Source of the DNA: Octopus sinensis
Taxonomy: Eukaryota
Length of the DNA: 64,000 nucleotides
Direction of reading: 5' to 3'
Assembly (NCBI RefSeq): GCF_006345805.1
Contig: NC_043016.1
Span: 10,602,001 to 10,666,000, forward strand
Shown here: positions 38,040-52,200 of the stretch, one piece after another
How positions within the stretch are numbered: the first letter of the stretch is position 1
How the letters are laid out: each line of letters starts with the position of its first letter
Notes under the pieces: generated by a model
What the model was told of the DNA's origin: nothing
Databases searched by the model: none
What the model saw: only the letters and a program-made list of their open reading frames with translations
Made by a program: the position numbers and the translations under genes

Positions 38040-38572
38040 GAAGCCCAACCGTCTGAGTTCTTTTACAGGGCTTAGGAAAAACTGAAGGACCGCTGCAATA
38101 AGTGTGTGAATCTGAGAAGGGGAAGATGTTGAATAAAATCATAATTAACTGATCTTCCTCTATTTTCTTTTACCCAAAGCCAGGAACTTTTCAGCACCCC
38201 CACTCCCCTCGTGTCAGCCGAAATTGTGAGGATGATCCAGTTCTTGACTGAAGATTAGAGGCTTCGAATGACCCGTCTGTTTTTTTTGTGTTGTCTATTT
38301 GAATGTTTTGCGTTCTTGTCCCATTTTGTATTTTTATATATATATTTTATACATATATATATATACACACACATGAAGGGGTGCTGAACAGTTCCTGGCA
38401 AAAGGCCTGGTTGGAAGCCCATCCTTCCGAATTCTTTTACAGGGCTTAGGAAAACTGAAGGACCACTGCAATAAGTGTGTGAATCTGAGAGGGGAATATG
38501 CTGAATAAAATCATAATTAACAAATTTTCCTCTATTTTCTTTTACCAAAAGCCAGGAACTTTTCAGCACCTC
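38040..38572 (+). mobile_element. Non-autonomous mariner element (38374-38572) plus a preceding 3' half copy (38040-38202)
   Basis: TIRs GGGGTGCTGAA(C/A)AGTTCCTGGC / GCCAGGAACTTTTCAGCACC; internal LKDRCNKCVNLRGE resembles a mariner transposase C-terminus. Confidence 0.8.
38213..38335 (+). repeat. Unclassified repeat (GCCGAAATTG(C/T)GAGGATGATCC family), probably a Penelope-type terminal repeat
   Basis: Copies also at ~59863-60030 and ~60630-60800. Confidence 0.55.
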
Positions 38573-38969
38573 AGATGAATATATAAACATTTGTTTTTAT
38601 GCCCAGTTATAATAACAAAAGTAATTTTACAGTAAATCTGGTGGGTCACTCTATACTTTTGTAGAGTACAGATTTATTAGTCTTAAACAAGGATGTTGTT
38701 GACAGGGACTTCAAAGTTTTCGGCCAGTTAAGCCATTACCAGACTTTGATGCATTAAAATTAGTCTTGCCTTTATAATTAATGTCTTTGTTGAGTTGAAA
38801 TCATCTTTGGATGTTTAGGTTTGTGGCTCTGAGTGGGATGGTAATTGAGTTTTTATGACTGGTTATTTTACACACACACACATATGAATATCATCAAATT
38901 TTGATGTCTATTTCCTGTGGTGACAAGGGGGTTGGACAGTTTGATAATGATCTGATGAGTCAGGGGACC

Positions 38970-39345
38970 ATATCATCATCATCATCATCATCGTTTAACG
39001 TCCGTTATCCGTGCTAGCATGGGTTGGATGGTTCGACCAGGGTCTGGGAAGCCAGAAGGCTGCACCAGGCTCCAGTCTTATCTGGCAATGTTTCTACAGC
39101 TGGATGCCCTTCCTAACGCCAACCACTCCGTGAGTGTAGTGGGTGCTTTTTACGTGCCACCAGCACAGGTGCCAGGGGAGTCTGGCAGTGGCCACGATCA
39201 GTTGGTGCTTTTTACGTGCCACTGGCACAGAAGCCAGTCACGGCGGCGCTGACATCAGCCACGTTCGGATGGTGCTTTTTGCGTGCCACTGGCACAGGTA
39301 TCACAACCACTATTTCCATTTGATATTTATTTCGATGTTCATATT
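38970..39345 (-). mobile_element. RTE LINE 3' tail
   Basis: (CAT)n..GGATGCCCTTCCTAACGCCAACCAC..GTGCCAC subrepeats. Confidence 0.85.
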
Positions 39346-40149
39346 TTAACATGGTTTCTATGACAGGATGCTCTACCTATCACCAACCATTTTACTGTGC
39401 ATTCTGGGTGCTTTTTTTTTGTGGCATCACCAATATTAAGGTGGCGTTGCAAATGCAATATTAAAAGCCCTAAAGTGTGTGGGGAGGAGGGGGGCTATCT
39501 CTGTGACAGAAAGAAAAAAGATTGGGATGTGATAACAAAGTATGAGGAAAGGAACAGACTAAAAGTCTTTGAGAGTGTAACAGACTATACAGTGTAGTGG
39601 GGGAGGGAGAATGTAAGGGAGAGGGTAAGGAAGGAAGGGTTGGGGTTTGGTATTAGTGAGGAAAAGGGAGGAGAAAGTGTTTATGGTTGTATAGGGATTT
39701 GTGTAGGAGGTATCCATTGTTATCTCATATTATGAGGGTAGAAATGTGTGGAAAGTGTGAAGAGAAAGGAACATGAATGAAGGAGAGAGAGAAAGAGAGT
39801 GGAACAGGTGAGGGTGGCAGTCAGTGAGAAGAGTGCCACCTGGGGGAAAGAAGGGGTTCGAGGGAGGTAGAGATAGGAGAGAAGAGAGAGCATTGAAGAG
39901 GCAGCGGATGTAAGGTAAGGGGAAGGGGTTGTGAGTGAATGCAATGATGGCAGGTGAGGCTGGAGTGTAGCAGAGGTAGAGGTGATGGTGTTGGGTGGAG
40001 AGAGAGAGAATGAAAGCTGGGGATAGTCTGTAGAGAGAGAGAGTGGTAGGTGAAGGCAACAAGAACATTTCCTCCGTAGCATTTTTTCTGCTGTGTTTGC
40101 TTAAAACTCTTTTAGCACTTAAAACCAGCCATTTCTAGCCCAAATATAC

Positions 40150-40566
40150 TCTCTCTTTTTACTCTTTTACTTGTTTCAGTCATTTGACTGTGGCCATGCT
40201 GGAGCACCGCCTTTAATCGAGCAATTCAACTCCGGGACTTATTCTTTGTAAGCCCAGTACTTATTCTATCTGTCTTTTTTGCCGAACCGTTAAGTTACGG
40301 GGACATACACACACCAGCATCGGTTGTCAAGCAATGTTGGGGGGGGGGGGGACAAACACAGACACACAAACATATATATATATATATATATATACATATA
40401 TATGACGGGCTTCTTTCAGTTTCCGTCTACCAAATCCACTCACAAGGCTTTGGTCGACCCGAGGCTATAGTAGAAGACACTTGCCCAAGGTGCCACACAG
40501 TGGGACTGAACCCGGAACCATGTGGTTGGTAAACAAGCTACTTACCACACAGCCACTCCTGCACCT
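40150..40566 (-). mobile_element. SINE family A, full length
   Basis: Low-divergence copy; MITE family 2 copies follow at ~40570-40760 and ~40940-41168. Confidence 0.9.
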
Positions 40567-41301
40567 GTACTACTGTACTTGTTTTATGTTAAAACTGGCC
40601 TGATCAGGCTTATGTCACTTACCATACAATGTCATTCTAAAGATATACAATCACATAATTGAAATCTCAAAGCCATGAGATAATGCCTCGTTAATTCAAA
40701 GCAATGTGAATAAATAAGCACTGCATTTAACAAAGAAATCTGGATGATTAAAGGGTTAAGAGAGTGGATTATATCCAGCACAACATGTTGCCAAATGTTT
40801 CTGCAGTCAGTTGCCATAATCTTTGCAAAGTTCAACATCACAAGATTGGTTTTCACTTCATTCCAAGTGCAACTGTCGAAAGCGTATAATACTCCCACAC
40901 TTGCTACTAATGAGGCTACAAAACTCATTTATATGACTCTTTAATCCTTTGGCATTTAATCCGGCTATGTTTGACCAAAATATTCTACCTGTTTTATCTC
41001 AAAACCAACAAGATCTGGCTTTTCACACATTTCCTAGAATGTCATTTTACAAATAAGCAACCACATCATTGAAATCTCAAAGCTATGAGACAGTTCATGG
41101 TCAATTTGAAACAATGCAAAGAAATAAGCATCACATTTGACAGAATAATCCGAATGCTAAAGGGCTAAAGAACATGCTGCAATCTGTTCTTTGATTGGGA
41201 TGAAATTATTCTTCCCGGAAACTTTAATTCATCATCATCGTGGTCATCATTTAACACCCGTTTTCCATGCTGGGCATGAGTTGGACAATTGTCTGTTCTA
41301 C

Positions 41302-41533
41302 CAGGGTTGTGGAGTCGGTAAAACTATACCAACTCTGACTCTGACTCATAATATCTTTATTCTTTAATATAAACCAGTTATAAGATACAGGCCTACTCAA
41401 AGTACAAGTGTATGCATATGCTTTATGAGATATGTAGATCACAATCACTTAATCACATAAAGAGGAGTCGGAGTCATGTGCCAATAGTAGAGGAGTCAGA
41501 GTCGAAGTTTTTTGTTTCGACTCCACAGGCCTA
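41302..41533. mobile_element. hAT-type MITE nested in an RTE tail
   Basis: CAGGGTTGTGGAGTCG..CGACTCCACAGGCCTA termini, GGAGTC subrepeats, 8-bp TSD TGTTCTAC/TTTTCTAC. Confidence 0.8.
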
Positions 41534-41821
41534 TTTTCTACAGGTGGATGCCCTTCCTAACTCTAACCACTTTACAGAGTGTACTGGGTGATTTTTACAT
41601 GACACCAATATCTTCAGGTTCAACAAGTGGCTTGCAAGACAAGAATGTCTTAACTGAGAAAGGAGGAAGAACCGAGAGAAGTGGTCATGTGTCCTTGGTG
41701 AGAGGCTGGAGTGTGATAAAGGGGCAGGTAGCTGTATCATTGTGGAGGAAATACTTGGCTGCCTCAGTTGGACAAAGGAGAGGAAGGTGGGAGAGAGAAA
41801 GATAGGGAGACAGTCAGATAG

Positions 41822-42215
41822 GCACAGGAGTGGCTGTGTGGTAAGTAGTTTGTTTACCAACCACATGGTTCCGGGTTCAGTCCCACTGCGTGGCACCTTG
41901 GGCAAGTGTCTTCTACTATAAATTCGGGCCGACCAAAGCCTTGTGAGTGGATTTGGTAGACGGAAACTGAAAGAAGCCCGGCGTATATATGTATATATAT
42001 ATATGTATGCGTGTGTGTGTTTGTGTGTCTGTGTTTGTCCCCCTAGCATTGCTTGACAACTGATGCTGGTGTGTTTATGTCCCTGTTACTTAGCAGTTCG
42101 GCAAAAGAGACCGATAGAATAAGTACTGGGCTTACAAAAGAATAAGTCCCGGGGTCGAGTTGCTTGATTAAAGGCGGTGCTCCAGCATGGCCGCAGTAAA
42201 AGAGTAAAAAGAATA
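41822..42215 (+). mobile_element. SINE family A, full length
   Basis: Full match. Confidence 0.9.
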
Positions 42216-42529
42216 AAGAGAGTCAAATTGAAAGAGAGAGAGAGAGGACCTACCAACAGGGAACAGTGGGGGTGAGGGGTAAGTAGCAGAAGGGGACAGA
42301 AGAGTATGTTCCATCGGAGTGTAAAGAAAATGTTTAGAAATAGTAAGTGTTGGTAAAAGGAATTGGAGTGACTGAGAGAGGAGGGGCGTATGATAAGTAT
42401 GTGAGGGCATGGAGAAGGAAAGTGGAAGAACTGGCAGCAGGTGGTGGGGGTTTGGGGAAGATGGGTTGTTGGATGAGAGTGTGGCCACAAAGACCATGCT
42501 TGTATGTATGAATGGCCACAATTTTTACT

Positions 42530-43420
42530 TAGCTTGATGATTCTTTTCAAGCACAGCAAATTTCCCCGAGTCTCAGTCCCTTGTCATTTCCTCTGTGAAG
42601 CTCAACACCTGAAGATCATTTCTCACCTCTTCATCCGTCTTCCTGGGTCTACCCCTTCCACAAGTTCCCTCCACAATTAGAGCTTAACACTTCTTTACAC
42701 AGCTGTCCTCATCACACGACCATACCAGTGCAGTCTCCTCTCTTGCACACAAGATCTGATGCCTCTTATACCCAGGTTTTCCTCTTAAATCACTTACACT
42801 TTGTCATACAAGCACACTGACATTATCCATATAGCAGAGCATGCTGGCTTCATTTCTTTCAAGCCTTCACACATCCTCTGCAGTCACAGCCCACGTTTCA
42901 TTGTCATGTAGGAAAGCCGTTTGAATAGCTGTTTGTACACAGGCATCATTCAATCTGCCTTTCACTTTGAGGGAGAGGCCTTTTGTTACCACCAAAGGTA
43001 GTAGCTTTCTGAACTTCGCCCAGCCTGATCTTGTTCTAGCAACTATGCTTTCAGAGCTTCTTCTTCCTCAACTAACTTGGTTGCCTAGGTAACAGAAGCT
43101 ATGTATTATTTCTAAGTACAGCTCTTCCCCCCCACTGACACATACACAACATTTCAGCATGTCTGTTTTCTGTACATTCTTTGTGTGTGGCAGGTGTGCA
43201 GGTACAATGCCTAGTAAGACTACTTTATCTTGGAACCCTCTTATTATACTTCTGCACCTCATGAGCCCATAGCTTACACTGAGTACACCATTTTTACATA
43301 TCAAACAGGGCCATCTATCTGAAGGGATTAGCAATTTGCCTGTTCTCCTACCTACTAAATTAACCCTTAAGGCTCTTTGATTCTTGACCTCGCTTCCACA
43401 CCTGAAACTTCTTAGAAAAT
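42530..43420 (-). mobile_element. Decayed RTE LINE RT C-terminal fragment
   Basis: Homologous to 49250-50100 (DRWPCLICKNGV..FCYLGNQVS). Confidence 0.8.
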
Positions 43421-43429
43421 CCTAGGAGC

Positions 43430-45500
43430 TGTGGAGCTGCTTGGGAAGGTATGAGGTCAGTAAAGTTGACTTTTCTTGGAGTTACGTACCAAGTTTCACC
43501 TGCATATGGTCAAGCACGCGATTCCAACACAGAGCTGATTGTGTTACAACTTAGATGCATCCAGAACCCTGCCAGCTCTCCAGATTTCCACAGAAGAATA
43601 TGCAAGATGTCTGCAATATTCATTCTTTACATGGTGCTGAATGTTAGACTGGCCGTGTTTTAGTAAAGCCAGGCTACATTTGGTAATAAAACCAGCTGCC
43701 AAAATTCATAGTACTGTCAGATTCTCGAAGTGTTTAATAGATAACTACATTCACTAGAAGTACAAGACATTCTACACAAATATAATTTCAACAGCAAATG
43801 GCACATCATCATGAAATGTTGTCAGCGATGAACTTTAAAATACAGCTCTTGAGATTCTTGGTACAATTCCAGCAAAGCATGCAGACTGGTTTGATAACAA
43901 TCAGGTTATAAAAAAAAGTGCTCTCTAAGGAAAATAGTAAAATGTTGTGAGAAGGGATATTAAAGGAAGACGTTTTCAGCTGGAAGAAAATTTGAAAATT
44001 TCAAGTGTGCAAAAGCTGCAGCTGAACACACTCTATGAGATACACAAGAAAGCCAAGAAAGCTGGTGGTTGAGACTGACGATGGCTGCCGTGCAAATAGT
44101 AGGCTGATGTGAAAAAGCACAAATCATCATCATCGTTTAGCATCCGCTTTCCATGCTAGCATGGGTTGGACAGTTCAACTGGGATCTGGGAAACCAGAAG
44201 GCTGCACCAGGCCCAGGCTGATCTGGCAATGTTTCTACGGCTGGATGCTCTTCCTAACGCCAACCACTCCGTGAGTGTAGTGGGTGCTTTTTACGTGCCA
44301 CCGGCAAGGGGGCCAGGCGAGGCTGGCAACAGCCACGATCGGATGGTGCTTTTTATGTGCCTCCGGCACGAGGCCAGTCAGGGCAGTGCTGGCAATGGCC
44401 ACATTCAGATGGTTCTCTTACATACCACCGGCACTAGTATCACAGCTGCAATTTCCATTGATGTTGATCGATTTTGATTTTGATTTTAGATTTTCACTTG
44501 CCTCAACAGGTCTTCACAAGTAGCGGTTTTGTGTCCCAAGAAGGAAAGGTATGCATAAGTGGACTGGCTAAATGTGCTTTATTATTTGATAAAATGTTAT
44601 GGGAGGATCCTGAACACCCCCATGTGACTGAAGGTGGACTAACCAATCACAATAAATAAGAAGTGAGTGAACTGTCAATGGGATAGTTGACGGTGTTAGT
44701 TTGACCATGTTGGTTCAACAGTCGGTAGTTGAACAGTGGATACTGAGTATCATACCTACATTCAAGTAGTATGGAATGCATTCTATGTTAACATATACTT
44801 CTGCGATAACCGCAACCAGTTATTTATTTGTGTAATACCATTTTACACCAGACGTGTATACTCACATCATAACAAAGCAAACCTTTCGACCAAAATCTAT
44901 GATGATATTTCTCCCATTCTTAGAACTAAGAGAAGACCTGCTGGCAGACACAGGAAGTTTATCTTCAAAATAGAAGAAACATTATAAAGAGTTGCTAAAT
45001 AGAGAATCACAAAGTAGATCCTATCCCTATTGAAAATGTTCTATGCAGGCTGAGCATCTGTTCCCTTAATGACCCACCTATCACAGAAGTACAGGTGAGC
45101 ACTAAAAAGCTCAATTATGGAACAGCTGCCAGTAAACATGAACATTTTCGCTGAGATCTGTCAATTTGTTGGTGAAAATGTAGCAAAAATTATGTATGAC
45201 CTAAGACTGAAAATCTGAAAAGCTGGTTCTTATCCATCAAACCTGTCTACTAAAAGACTGGAAATATCTCATAATTAATACCATTATACAAAAGCGTATG
45301 TCTGTGAGAGAATTGTGGAAAATTATAGAGGAATTACAGTGCTTTGCACTGAAGGTAAGTTACTGCCCTCAATTGTTCTGTCAAGATTGAATGTAGAACA
45401 AATGGTTAACATTGTGGTGGAACAATTTGTGGAAAGAAACAGGCCTAGAAGGCCTGGAAGTTTGGGGCAGCAGGGAACTGTATCAGATAGCCAGAAGCCA
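43430..45500 (+). mobile_element. Old RTE-type LINE fragment, interrupted by an RTE tail at ~44122-44565 (-)
   Basis: Remnant motifs HADWFDNN, HYKELLNRE, LNDPP, ENYRGITVLCTEGKLL. Confidence 0.6.
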
Positions 45501-45519
45501 GGAGACAAATATATCTAGC

Positions 45520-46005
45520 CATGGGAGAAGTTTGCTTATGTTCAGCGCCATGAGGACCAATGAACTGAAGTATTTCAGATTGCAAGACAGTGTGTGAGAG
45601 AAAATTGTGATGTCATAGGAGAGAAATGTGTCTGCAGGGATGATGGTGCACTTTTTTTAATGATTACGCAAAGAAAGAGGCTTGGCGAAGCCATTATGAA
45701 AGGCTACTGAACGTGGAGAATGAATGGGAGGAGGAGAGTCAGCTAAATGTTGACCCAACTGAGGGGCCAGCTACCCGAATCAACAGTACCTTGGTAGATA
45801 AAGCAGTTAAGGATATGAAAACAGGGAAAGCCCCCCCAGCCCATCAGGAATCACTGCTGAGATGCTTAAAATATCTGGTGGTGTAGGGTATGGTCTAATC
45901 ACCTGTATTGTAAATCAGGTGGTTCATGAAGGAGAGATGCTCAATGAATGGTGTAGCAGCACCATAGTCAACTGCTACAAAGGTAAAGAAGATTCTTAGA
46001 TAGAA
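45520..46005 (+). mobile_element. RTE LINE internal fragment (same family as the large element)
   Basis: Matches 50650-51070 (AWRSHYERLLNVENEW..CSSTIVNCYKGK). Confidence 0.8.
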
Positions 46006-46369
46006 ATGTGTGTGTGTGTGTATATATAGATAGATAGATATATAGATGTGTATATATATATATATAGATAGATAGATATATAGATGTGTATATATATATA
46101 TATATTTAGATTTTTTTAATAGACATTTTTTCGTTTGTCCTTATTTATAATTTTAACCTTTAAAAGGTATTTTTTAATATGCTGGCCATTGATAAAAATT
46201 TTTTCGAAAAAATTTTATCCTACATTAAATATATATTTAGATGTGTATATATATATATATATATATAAAAAGAGAGAGAGAGATGTGTGTATACAAATGT
46301 GACCGCGTGTGTACCGTTGGCGATTTTTTTTCCTCCGTCTTCCCTTCTCTGGATCTTTCCTTTTCCTAT

Positions 46370-46404
46370 GTTTCTGACGAAGAGCTCTGCTCGAAACATA
46401 AAAC
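46370..46404 (+). ncRNA. Minimal type I hammerhead ribozyme motif in a Penelope-type terminal repeat (~46290-46490)
   Basis: GTTT-CTGACGA-A-GAGC(TCT)GCTC-GAA-ACAT-A-AAAC. Confidence 0.7.
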
Positions 46405-46482
46405 CTTCCTTCCTGAGCGTTCCAATATATCATATTTGTTCCACGTCCTCGCATTATTGGTTTTTCATGTTTGGATTAACTT

Positions 46483-46517
<35 letters not shown>

Positions 46518-46739
46518 GATTTGATAGAAGATAGATAGATGTGTGTGTGGTGTGTATTATATAATATATCAATCATCATATCATCATTTAATTAAACGTC
46601 CGCTTTCCTTTTCCATGCTAGCATGGGTTGGACGGTTCAACTGGGGTCTGGGGAGCCCGAAAGCTGCACCAGTCCAGTCAGATCTGGCAGTGTTTCTACA
46701 GCTGGATGCCCTTCCTAACGCCAACCACTCCGAGAGTGT

Positions 46740-49215
46740 AGTGGGTGATTTTATGTGCCACCGACACAGGTGCCAGACGAGGCTGACAAACGGCCACGCT
46801 CGGATGGTGTTTTTATGTGCCACCGACACACAGGTGCCAGACGAGGCTGGCAGACGGCCACGCTCGGATGGTGTTTTTATGTGCCACCAACACAGGTGCC
46901 AGACGAGGCTGGCATGGCCACGCTCGGATGGTGTTTTTATGTGCCACCGACACAGGTGCCAGACGAGGCTGGCAGACGGCCACGCTCGGATGGTGTTTTT
47001 ATGTGCCACCGACACAGGTGCCAGATGAGGCTGGCAAACGGCCACGATCGGATGGTGCTTGTTACGTGCCCACAGCACGGAGGCCAGTCGATGCGGTACT
47101 GGCTACGGCCACGTTCGGATGGTTTTCTTATGTGCCACGTGCCACCGGCACTGGTACCACAAAGATACAAATTCCATTGATGTTCATCTATTTTGATTTG
47201 TTTTGATTTGATTTTCACTTGCCAACAGTCTTCACAAGTGTCACAAGAAGAAGGTATGCACAGGTGGACTGACTACGTCCCAGGTAGGGGCCATGGGTTA
47301 TGGCCTGACTAGTCTTGCCGGGTCTTCGGATGGTGTTTTTATGTGCCACCGACACAGGTGCTAGAGGCTGGCGAACGGCCACGATCGGATGGTGTTTGTC
47401 ATGTGCCCACCGCACTGACTACGGCACTGATGGATTTCTTGTGTGCCACAGGCACTGGTACCACAAGATACAATTCCATTGATGTTCATCTATTTGTGTC
47501 TATTTTGATTGATTTGATTTGATTTTCACTTGCCTCAACCGGTCTTCACAAGTGTCACAAGAAGAAGGAAGGTATGCACAGGTGGACTGACTTGTCTTGC
47601 CGGGTCTTCGGAAGGTGTTTTTATGTGCCACCGACACAGGTGCCAGATGAGGCTGGCGAACGGCCATGATCGGATGTGTTTGTTACGTGCCCACAGCACG
47701 GAGGCCGGTCGATGCGGAACTGGCTACGGCCACGTTCGGATGGTTCTCATGTTGTGCCACCGGCACTGGTACCACAAAGTGTGTGCCACCGGCACTGGTA
47801 CCACAAAGATACAGATTCCATTGATGTTCATCTATTTTGATTTGTTTTGATTTGATTTTCACTTGCCTCAACAGGTCTTCACAAGTCACAAGAAGGAAGG
47901 TATGCACAGGTGGACTGACTACGTCCCAGGTAGGGGCCATGGGTTATGGCCTGACTAGTCTTGCCGGGTCTTCGGATGGTGTTTTTATGTGCCACCGACA
48001 CAGGTGCTAGATGAGGCTGGCGAACGGCCACGATCGGATGGTGTTTGTCATGTGCCCACAGAACGGAGGCCAGTCGATGCGGTACTGGCTACGGCCACTT
48101 TCGGATGTTTTCTCTTGTGTGCCACCGGCACTGGTACCACAAAGATACAAATTCCATTGATGTTCATCTATTTTGATTTGTTTTGATTTGATTTTCACTT
48201 GCCTCAACAGGCCTTTGATTTTCACTTGCCTCAACAGCCTTCACAAGTATCACAAAGGAAGGTATGCACAGGTGGACTGACTACGTCCCAGGTAGGGGCC
48301 ATGGTTTATGGCCTGACTAGTCTTGCCGGGTCTTCGGAAGGTGTTTTTATGTGCCACCGACACAGGTGCTAGATGAGGCTGGCGAACGGCCACGACCGGA
48401 TGGTGTTTGTTATGTGCCCACAGCACGATGGCCAGTGATGCGGTACTGACTACGGCCATGTTCGGATGGATTCTTGTGTGCCACCGGCACTGGTACCACA
48501 AGCGGTACTGACTACTTTTTATGTGCCACCGACACAGGTGCTAGATGAGGCTGGCGAACGGCCACGACCGGATGGTGTTTGTTATGTGCCCACAGCACGA
48601 TGGCCAGTGATGCGGTACTGACTACGGCCACGTTCGGATGGATTCTTGTGTGCCACCGGCACTGGTACCACAAGCGGTACTGCTACTCCACGTTCGGATG
48701 GATTCTTGTGTGCCACCGGCACTGGTACCACAAGCGGTACTGACTACGGCCACGTTCGGATGGATTCTTGTGTGCCACTGGCACTGGTACCACAAGGATA
48801 CAAATTCCATTGATGTTCATCTATTTTGATTTGTTTTGATTTATTTGATTTGATTTTCACTTGCCTCAGCAGGTCTTCACAAGTCGGAAGGTATGTACAG
48901 GTGGACTGACTACGTCCCAGGTAGGGCCCACGGGTTATGACCTGACTAGTCTTGCCGGGTCTTCGGATGGTGTTTTTATGTGCACCATGTTCCCACAGCA
49001 CGGAGGCCAGTCGATGCGGTACTGGCTACGGCCACGTTCGGATGGTTTTCTTGTGTGCCACAGGCACTGGTACCACAAGATACAAATTCCATTGATGTTC
49101 ATCTATTTTGATTGATTTTCACTTGCCTCAGCAGGTCTTCACAAGTGTCACAAGAGGAAGGTATGCACAGGTGGATCGACTACGTCCCAGGTAGGGGCCA
49201 CGGGATATGGCCTGA
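46740..49215 (-). repeat. Tandemly amplified RTE 3' UTR (about six 300-650-bp units with internal 50-65-bp subrepeats)
   Basis: ATTCCATTGATGTTCATCTAT recurs at ~47171, 47473, 47816, 48151, 48804 and 49087. Confidence 0.9.
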
Positions 49216-52200
49216 CTAGTCCTGCCGGGTCCTCTCATGCACAGCACACTTCCATAGGACTCGGTCTTCAGTCATTTCCTTGGTGAGACCTAAAGTTCGA
49301 AGGTCGTGCTTCACCACCTCGTCCCAGGTTTTCCTTGGTCTACCTCTTCCACAGGTTCCCTCAACTGCTAGTTGTAGCACTTTTGCACACAACTATCTTC
49401 AGCCATTCTCGTCACATGACCATACCAGCGCAGCCGTCTCTCTTGCACACCACAACTGACACTTCTTAGGTTCAACTTTTCTCTCAAAGTACTTACACTC
49501 TGACGATTATGAACACTGACATTACACATCCATCGGAGCATACTGGCTTCATTTCTTGCAAGCTTACGCATATCCTCAGCTGTCACGGCCCATGTTTCAC
49601 TACCATGTAGCATGGCTGTACGTACACACGCATCATATAGTCTGCCTTTTACTCTTAGCGAGAGACCTTTTGTCACCAGCAGGGGTAAGAGCTCTCTAAA
49701 CTTTGCCCAGGCTATTCTTACTCTAGCAGTTACACTTTCAGCACACCCACCCCCCCTACTGACTTGGTCTCCTAGGTAGCGGAAGCTATCAACTACTTCT
49801 AGTTTGTCTCCCTGGAACGTGGTAGAAGTTGGACTCTGCACATTTCCAGTGTTTATTTCTCCTGAGCATCTGCCACAGACAAAAACTATTTTCTTAGTTA
49901 GCCTTCCTTTGACATTGCTGCACCTCTTATGTGTCCATAGCTTACACTTGGTGCACCTTATAGAGTTTCTACCTACACCTTTTTTACAGATCGAGCAGGG
50001 CCATCTACCTGAAGTCGTTTGTGGTTGGTCCACCTTCCTACTTATTAGGACTTTGGTTTTGGCTAGGTTGATTCTAAGGCCCTTCGATTCTAATCCTTGT
50101 TTCCACACCTGAAACTTCTCCTCCAGTTCTGATAGTGACTCAGCAATTAGAGCAAGGTCATCAGCATATAGGAGCTCCCAGGGGCATCCTGTCTTAAATT
50201 CTTCCGTTATTGCCTGGAGGACTATGATAAATAGGAGGGGGCTGAGGACTGAACCTTGGTGGACCCCAACCTCTACCCGGAATTCTTCACTGTACTCGTT
50301 GCCAACCCTCACCTTACTAGCTGCGTCTCTGTACATGGCTCGCACAGCTCTCACTAACCATTCATCTATCCCTAGTTTCCTCATTGACCACCAGATAAGG
50401 GATCGGGGGACCCTGTCAAAGGCTTTCTCTAAGTCAACAAAAGCCAGGTACAAGGGCTTACCTTTGGCTAGGTATTTCTCCTGCAGCTGTCTTACCAGGA
50501 ATATAGCATCAGTAGTACTTTTCCCTGGCACGAACCCAAACTGCATATCATCTAAGCTAACTCTCTCTCTAATTAACTGGGCTATAACCCTCTCCGTAAC
50601 CTTCATTACCTGATCCAACAGCTTGATGCCCCTGTAGTTATTTGTATCTAGGGCATCGCCTTTACCTTTGTAGCAGTTGACTATTATGCTGCTACACCAG
50701 TCATTGGGTATGACTCCTTCGTGTATCACCTGGTTAACTATACGGGTGACTATGCTATAGCCGACACTACCAGATATTTTGAGCATCTCTGCAGTAATTC
50801 CTGATGGGCCTGGGGCTTTCCCTGTCTTCATGCTTCTAATTGCCTTAGCTACCACGGAACTATCAACTCGGATAGCTGGTCCCTCTGTTGGGTCAACATT
50901 CGGCAGACTCTCTTTATCCCATTCATTTTCCTCATTCAGCAACCTTTCATAGTGGCGTCTCCAAGCTTCTCTCTTTGCATCCTCATTTAACGCAAGTGAA
51001 CCATCCTCCATGCGAACACATTCTCTCCTACCACATCTCGATTCTCTCTCACACACTGTCTTGCAACACGAAATACCTCAAGTCTTTCATCCTCACGGCG
51101 CAGGACATTGGCAAATTTTCTTTTATCTGCTTCCCCTCTGGCTAGATAGACCTGTCTCCTAGCTTCCCTTCTGGCAGTCTGATACACTTCCCTGCTACCA
51201 CCGTTCTTCCAGGCCTTCCAAGCCTGTTTCTTTTGTCTAATAGCCCTATCAACAATATTGTTCCACCACCATGTTATTTTGGGTCTTAAGGGGACTTTGC
51301 ACCAGCCACAGATCTGGTCAGCGGCTTTCAGCAGGTTGTCCCTCAGAAACGTCCAGTTGTCTTCTACCCCATGTGTAGCTATACCCCCTTCCACTTCGTC
51401 AAAGGCTTCAAGTAACATATCTCTAAATCTCTGTCCATTCGCAGGGTCTTTAAGCTTCCAGACCCTTCTTCTCCATGTTGGTCGTCTTCTAGTCGCCCTC
51501 TTAGTCCTGATCCTAAAGTCACTAACTACCAGTCTATGTTGTGGGGTGCATTCTTCGCCCGGGAAGGTTTTGGCATTTATAAGCAGCCATCTTTCCCTTT
51601 TTCTGGCGAGGATGTAGTCGATTTGGCTAGCATGCTGCCGCCCGATCGGTAGGTGACCAGGTGGCTTGTTGGTTTCCTGAAGTTAGTGTTGCAGATCATA
51701 AGACTATTCGCATCGCAGAACTCCAGCAGCCTGGTTCCCTCCTCGTTGCGGGAACCATAACCGTAGCCTCCATGCACGCCATGGAAGCCCCCAGCATGTC
51801 GTCCAACATGCCATTGAAATCACCAGCCACAAAGAGAAGGTCCCTGTCGTTCGTCAATGAGGTGGTCTGCAGTAGGGTGTCATAGAAACTGTCTTTCTGT
51901 CCATCGGGTAGCCCTGGCTGAGGGGCATAGGCCGATATAATGGTTGCTAATCTATGATGAAGCACTATTCTAATCTTAAGTATTCTGTCACTTACTCTGA
52001 TTACCTCAATTACTCTATCTATCCATTTCTCAGCGATAAGTATACCCACGCCACCAACCCCGTCAGTGTTCCCTGCCCAGAAAATCTTGTACCTGTGTTC
52101 CTTGCCTGTGAGGAACCTAGCAGATCCTCCTCTCCACCTTATTTCTTGCATACAACATACGTCAACACGTCTCCGTTCAAGCATCTCGACTATCTCGCCA

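Noticed and set aside
38950-38975. CTGATGA-GTC(AGGG)GAC
   Set aside because: Not followed by GAAA; abuts an RTE (CAT)n tail.
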